Assembly: GCA_021778805.1 (NCBI GenBank)
Contig: JAJYBV010000028.1
Location: 1 to 32,000 of the forward strand
From: Chloroflexota bacterium
GTDB lineage: Bacteria; Chloroflexota; Ktedonobacteria; Ktedonobacterales; JACDGC01
DNA length: 32,000 nucleotides
Direction: 5' to 3'
Part shown: positions 28,182 through 32,000 of the stretch, piece by piece
Layout: each line of letters opens with the position of its first letter
Numbering within the stretch: position 1 is the first letter of the stretch
Program-made: the position numbers and the translations under genes
Notes under the pieces: generated by a model
Told to the model about the DNA's origin: nothing
Database searches by the model: none
What the model saw: the letters and a program-made list of their open reading frames with translations, nothing else

Positions 28182-28488
28182 GCTGTAAACCCGCAATTCA
28201 GCCGTTAAAGCAAATTTCCATTGCTTATTGGCTTATTTTCACAGATATATTGCAGTTTGGCGAAACAAAGTAATGACGGAAAATTGCGGATTGGTGAAGG
28301 ATTCTCATATAGAATAGGTGGTGAAATTACAAAAACATGACAGAAAATGTACTAATTAGCGGCGCCAATAGCGCTTTTTATGGTACACTAGTAAGGATGG
28401 CCCAATAGTACTTTAGGGATCATTTTGAGAGCAAACACACTTTAATTTTGTCTTAATACATAGTAACTAATTTGGAGGACTTCCCATT

Positions 28489-29640
28489 ATGGGTAAACGA
28501 ATATTACAGGTTATTGGAGCAGGAGCGGCAGTGGCCGCCGGAACCGTAACGGCGTTATTAGCGCGTACAGATACTTTCCCCCCCATTGCAGGTATGACAA
28601 TTACTTGGCCGTGGGCTATAGCAATCGGCGCAGGTGTTCTTATAGCTCCATATATCATTGTCGGTCTTATTCGAACAATTCTTAAGCAATTAACCAAAGC
28701 GCATACATTCGATATTATTGCTGCATCCGGCGGATTATTTATTGGCCTATTACTGGCTGTTCTGCTGACATTTCCGCTTTCACAAGTACAGTTTTGGCAT
28801 CTTAATTACTGGTTGCCTTCGCTTGCCGCAGTTATTTTTGGATATTTAGGCGTTGCAGTCAGTGTTTTACGTCGCAATGATATTCAACGTATTCTTGGTT
28901 CGATATTCCGTCATCGCGATCGACAGGCAGAAGCAGAGTTAGACGGTGAAGAAAAACCATCCGGGCGGCGGCGCGGCAAAAAAGAAGCGCTTCCTGCTGT
29001 TGAGATTGTTACAGAGCCTAAAATTTTATTGGATACCAGCGCAATCATCGATGGGCGTATTGCAGAAATCAGCCGGACCGGATTTATTATGGGCACATTG
29101 GTAGCCCCTAGGTTTGTGCTGGAAGAACTGCAGCGCATTGCCGATTCAGCAGATTCTTTGCGCCGCAACCGCGGACGGCGGGGGTTAGATATTTTGAATG
29201 GACTTCAGAAAGAGGAATCGGTTCATATTGAAATTGCTGATACCGATTATGAAAATATCCATGAAGTAGACGCAAAATTGGTAAAATTAGCCAGACAATT
29301 AAATACCCCAATTATAACCAATGATTATAACTTGAATAAAGTTGCGGAATTTCAAGGTGTAAAAGTTCTGAATATTAATGATCTTGCTAATTCGGTAAAA
29401 CCGGCGCTGCTCCCCGGTGAAGACATGGAAGTTAGAGTCATCCAGGAAGGTAAAGAATTTAATCAGGGTGTTGCCTATTTGCCGGATGGTACAATGATTG
29501 TTGTAGATGGCGGCAAAACATTTTTAAATGCCGATGTGGAAGTGACAGTTACTCGAGTATTGCAAACTGCCGCCGGCAGAATGATTTTTGCGCATATTAA
29601 ACAGCCCAGCAACGCGGGAGTTATACGCAAAACATCCTAA
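28489..29640 (+). CDS. Membrane-anchored PIN + TRAM domain protein (YacL-like)
   Basis: Four N-terminal hydrophobic helices, a basic linker, a PIN block (ILLDTSAIIDGRI ... TNDYNLNKVA) and a TRAM-like C-terminus. TGGAGGA SD. The position after radA matches the Firmicutes clpC-radA-(disA)-yacL order. Confidence 0.85.
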   Translation: MGKRILQVIGAGAAVAAGTVTALLARTDTFPPIAGMTITWPWAIAIGAGVLIAPYIIVGLIRTILKQLTKAHTFDIIAASGGLFIGLLLAVLLTFPLSQVQFWHLNYWLPSLAAVIFGYLGVAVSVLRRNDIQRILGSIFRHRDRQAEAELDGEEKPSGRRRGKKEALPAVEIVTEPKILLDTSAIIDGRIAEISRTGFIMGTLVAPRFVLEELQRIADSADSLRRNRGRRGLDILNGLQKEESVHIEIADTDYENIHEVDAKLVKLARQLNTPIITNDYNLNKVAEFQGVKVLNINDLANSVKPALLPGEDMEVRVIQEGKEFNQGVAYLPDGTMIVVDGGKTFLNADVEVTVTRVLQTAAGRMIFAHIKQPSNAGVIRKTS

Positions 29641-29686
29641 TCCTAATTATTGGCTACTATCTGCCTTTTGGTTACATTGCATTAAA

Positions 29687-29740
29687 CCGGAGCAGCGCTA
29701 TGAATGTTTTACTCATTCTTTGCTGTTTCCGGTTTTGTTG
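29687..29740 (+). terminator. Rho-independent terminator after the PIN/TRAM gene
   Basis: CCGGAGCAGC ... GCTGTTTCCGG stem with a small bulge, followed by TTTTGTTG. Confidence 0.55.
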
Positions 29741-29757
29741 CGTTTGTTATTGGGGTT

Positions 29758-29850
29758 ACAGACCTGAGCACGTAACGCATAAAGCAGGAGGCGCCAGAGT
29801 GACAAGGCCGAGGATATCCCTTTCGATTCCTTTTTTAGGCTTAGGTCTTT
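29758..29850 (+). promoter_or_regulatory. Candidate structured cis-regulatory RNA, copy 2 (paralog of 6380..6488)
   Basis: ACAGACCUG ... UAGGUCUUU closing helix. It has the same conserved blocks in the same order as copy 1, with a shorter apical region (GAGGATATCCC). It lies about 100 nt upstream of the ATG at 29952 on the same strand. Confidence 0.45.
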
Positions 29851-29866
29851 TGCAACTTATTTATAG

Positions 29867-29907
29867 CGCGGTTCAGTAAATTTTTGGTTTAACCAGCGTT
29901 TTTGTTG
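29867..29907 (+). terminator. Terminator-like hairpin between RNA motif copy 2 and the downstream ORF (candidate expression platform)
   Basis: CGCGGTT (29867..29873) pairs with AACC-A-GCG (29891..29898), followed by TTTTTGTTG. Confidence 0.4.
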
Positions 29908-29951
29908 AATATGAATGTGCATTATCCATAATGCGCGAATAGGACATTGCA

Positions 29952-30572
29952 ATGGATAGTATCTTGATGCTTTATGAAACAGATATTCAGATTGAACGAG
30001 CGGCAGAGCTTCTGCAAAAATCAATCGCTATTTTTGTTGAGCAGTTCCCCAATGGCAGAATTTTTTATGCAGCATCACCGCAATTTTGTCACATTGTTAC
30101 TACAATAGCAACAATAAACAATGGCTGCGCCGCGCAAGTGTTTGAAGCAGCCGGAACAACCTTTATAGAGCAATTATATTTGGTTGCCGCGCGGCCGGAT
30201 TTTCAAACGGATGTTGGCGATTTTCTGTGCGCGCATGATGTTTTTCGCGCAGATATGCCCCCAGAGTTACTCAGCGCCGGCTATGCAATATGTATGGAAC
30301 ACCCCGAATGTGCAGTATTTCCATCTGTACAGCTTAAAGATACGGTAAAACGTGTGGATGCAGAAATGATTATTGCTGAAACACCAGAACGCGCCGCGCT
30401 GAAACGCGCCCAAACACCGCTGTTTTTAGCAAAGCAAACATTGCAGCGCATGCTACGACAAGGGAAGCATAACGCGCGGACGGAATCTTTTATATTTGAT
30501 TGTTTACAGGCCGGAATCGCAATGCGCACATATGAAGGCGCTTATACAAACGCGAAAGCGTTGAATAGGTAG
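29952..30572 (+). CDS. Hypothetical protein (206 aa, no recognisable motif)
   Basis: Long ORF with an AGGA 9 nt upstream. Its composition is protein-like and Cys-rich (CHIV, CAAQ, CAHD, CMEHPEC). I could not assign a family. Confidence 0.6.
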   Translation: MDSILMLYETDIQIERAAELLQKSIAIFVEQFPNGRIFYAASPQFCHIVTTIATINNGCAAQVFEAAGTTFIEQLYLVAARPDFQTDVGDFLCAHDVFRADMPPELLSAGYAICMEHPECAVFPSVQLKDTVKRVDAEMIIAETPERAALKRAQTPLFLAKQTLQRMLRQGKHNARTESFIFDCLQAGIAMRTYEGAYTNAKALNR

Positions 30573-30575
30573 TTT

Positions 30576-30923
30576 TCAACTGTGTGTGTGCGAAAATTCT
30601 TCGCCCCAATATCTTAACTGCTCGATCACATTTTTTAATGCAAGGCCGCTTTCAGTAAGTGTATATTCAACATGCGGCGGTGTTTCGGCAAAACAGCGCC
30701 GAGTAAGTATATGCGCATCTTCCAGCTCACGTAAACGCAATGTAAGTATTTTTGCGCTGGCTTCGGGAATAGCCTTACGCAACTCGGTAAATCGCTTTGG
30801 ACCGTTCATCATCTCATGGATGAGCAAGATGGTCCATTTACTGCCAAGAATTTCAAGCGCAGATTCAACAAAACAAATATGTTCACGCTGCGCTGAGTGA
30901 ACGCTTTGATTTTGTGCAGGCAT
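30576..30923 (-). CDS. HxlR-family winged-helix transcriptional regulator
   Basis: 115 aa. The blocks LEILGSKWTILLIHEMMNGPKRFTEL and VEYTLTESG are typical of HxlR/DUF24. Confidence 0.9.
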   Translation of the reverse strand: MPAQNQSVHSAQREHICFVESALEILGSKWTILLIHEMMNGPKRFTELRKAIPEASAKILTLRLRELEDAHILTRRCFAETPPHVEYTLTESGLALKNVIEQLRYWGEEFSHTHS

Positions 30924-30934
30924 TTTCTTACACC

Positions 30935-31579
30935 TCAGTTTGTTATCCCTTTACGGGTTAAAAATGCGGCGCCTTTGCCGACTGAAGTTTCAATAGGTAT
31001 GTTTTTTTCACATAATGGACAAGATTCCTCCGGCCAAGATTCCATTGAAACCGAAACTAATTCAAATAACCGCTCTACACCAATTTCCTGAGCAGTTACA
31101 CCCCCGCGGTTGCATATAACCGTTGCGCCAACAATATTTCCGCCTAAAGCAGTAACGGCTTCAACAACTTTTTTGATGGATCCGCCGGTGTTCAGCACAT
31201 CTTCAACTATCAGCACGTTTTTATTGGGTATATAAGCGTCATATCCGCGTTTGAATATCCGAATTTTCTCATTATCTGCTACCTCTTCTTCAGCGAATAC
31301 CGCAGCAGTAAAAGATTTTGTCCGCGGGCTTAGATGCCATGCAACCCATTGACTGAGAATGACACCGCCAATAGTGGGGCCGGCCACAACATCGATTGAT
31401 TTACCTTGAAAAGGCTTAGCCATGCGATATGTCAGCGCATTCATCAATTTTGGGTTTACATATAGCGCGTCTTTATTAAAATAATCCGAACCATGCCGGC
31501 CAGATGTATATACTATATGACTGTTGGTAATTATAGCTTCGGCGTCGGTAAGGGATTTCATTAAACTTTCGTCAGACAT
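30935..31579 (-). CDS. Phosphoribosyltransferase-family protein (orotate PRT-like)
   Basis: PRPP-binding loop VLIVEDVLNTGGS and a C-terminal CPLC motif. It ends 11 nt upstream of the HxlR gene, so the two are probably co-transcribed. Confidence 0.8.
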   Translation of the reverse strand: MSDESLMKSLTDAEAIITNSHIVYTSGRHGSDYFNKDALYVNPKLMNALTYRMAKPFQGKSIDVVAGPTIGGVILSQWVAWHLSPRTKSFTAAVFAEEEVADNEKIRIFKRGYDAYIPNKNVLIVEDVLNTGGSIKKVVEAVTALGGNIVGATVICNRGGVTAQEIGVERLFELVSVSMESWPEESCPLCEKNIPIETSVGKGAAFLTRKGITN

Positions 31580-31631
31580 GATGAGCGTTAGGGAAAATAT
31601 TGTTCCCGATCCTTTTATAAAATGATCAAAT

Positions 31632-31667
31632 CCGGAACCGAAAGTAACGGATCCGGTTATTTTTAAT
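31632..31667. terminator. Bidirectional-looking terminator hairpin
   Basis: CCGGAACCG-AAAGTAA-CGGATCCGG (8 of 9 bp). It is flanked by TTATTTTTAAT on the plus strand and ATTTGATCATTTTAT on the minus strand. It lies between the edge ORF and the PRT gene. Confidence 0.45.
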
Positions 31668-31745
31668 CAACGTATTGATGCAATCAATCTCTATACATCA
31701 TATCTTATTTTAACAAAATCATTTTTGCTTTAGATAAGATCCCTT

Positions 31746-32000
31746 TTAACACCCCGGAACTTGCATGGTTAGGGTAATGGCTGTCGTTAATGATCCTGCG
31801 AAATGATCCGGTGTTTTATTGCTGGAACAAGATGGCGGATTAATGGTAATGGAATAACTTGTAGGCATTCCTGATTGCGGCTGCAAATTCAGATAATACA
31901 CTCCGTTGAAAATAACCCCTTGGGCGTTCCAGCTTAGCGTTGGGTTTTGTATACCGGTTGCCGGTGAAAATGTTAGCTGTCCGCTTGAATTTGTGTTCCA
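31746..32000 (-). CDS. 3' end of an ORF truncated by the window edge (Asn/Thr/Ser/Gly-rich, possibly secreted)
   Basis: 84 sense codons are open from position 32000 down to the TAA at 31746..31748 (...WNAQGVIFNGVYYLNLQPQSG...TMQVPGC*). It is absent from the ORF track because its start lies outside the window. Confidence 0.35.
   Translation of the reverse strand, partial: WNTNSSGQLTFSPATGIQNPTLSWNAQGVIFNGVYYLNLQPQSGMPTSYSITINPPSCSSNKTPDHFAGSLTTAITLTMQVPGC

Noticed and set aside
1-32000. tRNA, rRNA, tmRNA, transposase, integrase, toxin-antitoxin or defence-system genes.
   Set aside because: No T-loop-like GGTTCGAAT-type strings occur in the non-coding gaps, and no ORF carries recombinase, nuclease-defence or Cas motifs. 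The only PIN domain is the conserved housekeeping YacL-like protein.

Overview
Bacterial chromosomal window with moderate GC. The gene content and the beta-prime architecture suggest a Chloroflexota/Terrabacteria-like organism, but that is inference only. The right two thirds (13.0-29.7 kb) is a housekeeping backbone. On the minus strand it carries rplS-rnhB-rpoD. On the plus strand it carries rpoB-rpoC, then clpC-radA and a YacL-like PIN/TRAM gene, each with recognisable terminators and TGn-extended -10 promoters. The left third is more accessory. It holds an HsmA-like small membrane protein divergent from lon, then a long minus-strand block. That block runs: WtpA-like oxyanion-binding lipoprotein, fused ABC permease/ATPase, CocE/NonD (S15) hydrolase, an orphan FecCD-type permease, an M20 amidohydrolase and a YtcJ-like amidohydrolase. 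The right end carries a hypothetical protein convergent on an HxlR regulator plus phosphoribosyltransferase pair, and an edge-truncated ORF. I found no CRISPR, tRNA/rRNA, transposase or defence genes. The most interesting signals are non-coding. (1) A roughly 95-110-nt structured RNA motif occurs twice, at 6380..6488 (-) and 29758..29850 (+). Each copy lies sense-upstream of a gene and is followed by a terminator-like hairpin, which is a riboswitch-like architecture I could not match to any known class by eye. (2) An element of at least 87 nt at the window start has an inverted copy inside the roughly 280-nt structured leader of the WtpA-like operon, 12.4 kb away. (3) The 687-bp gap at 12403..13089 holds a cluster of GC-rich REP-like palindromes and a tandem pair of 70-bp repeats. 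All family names come from motif recognition by eye; no database search was run.
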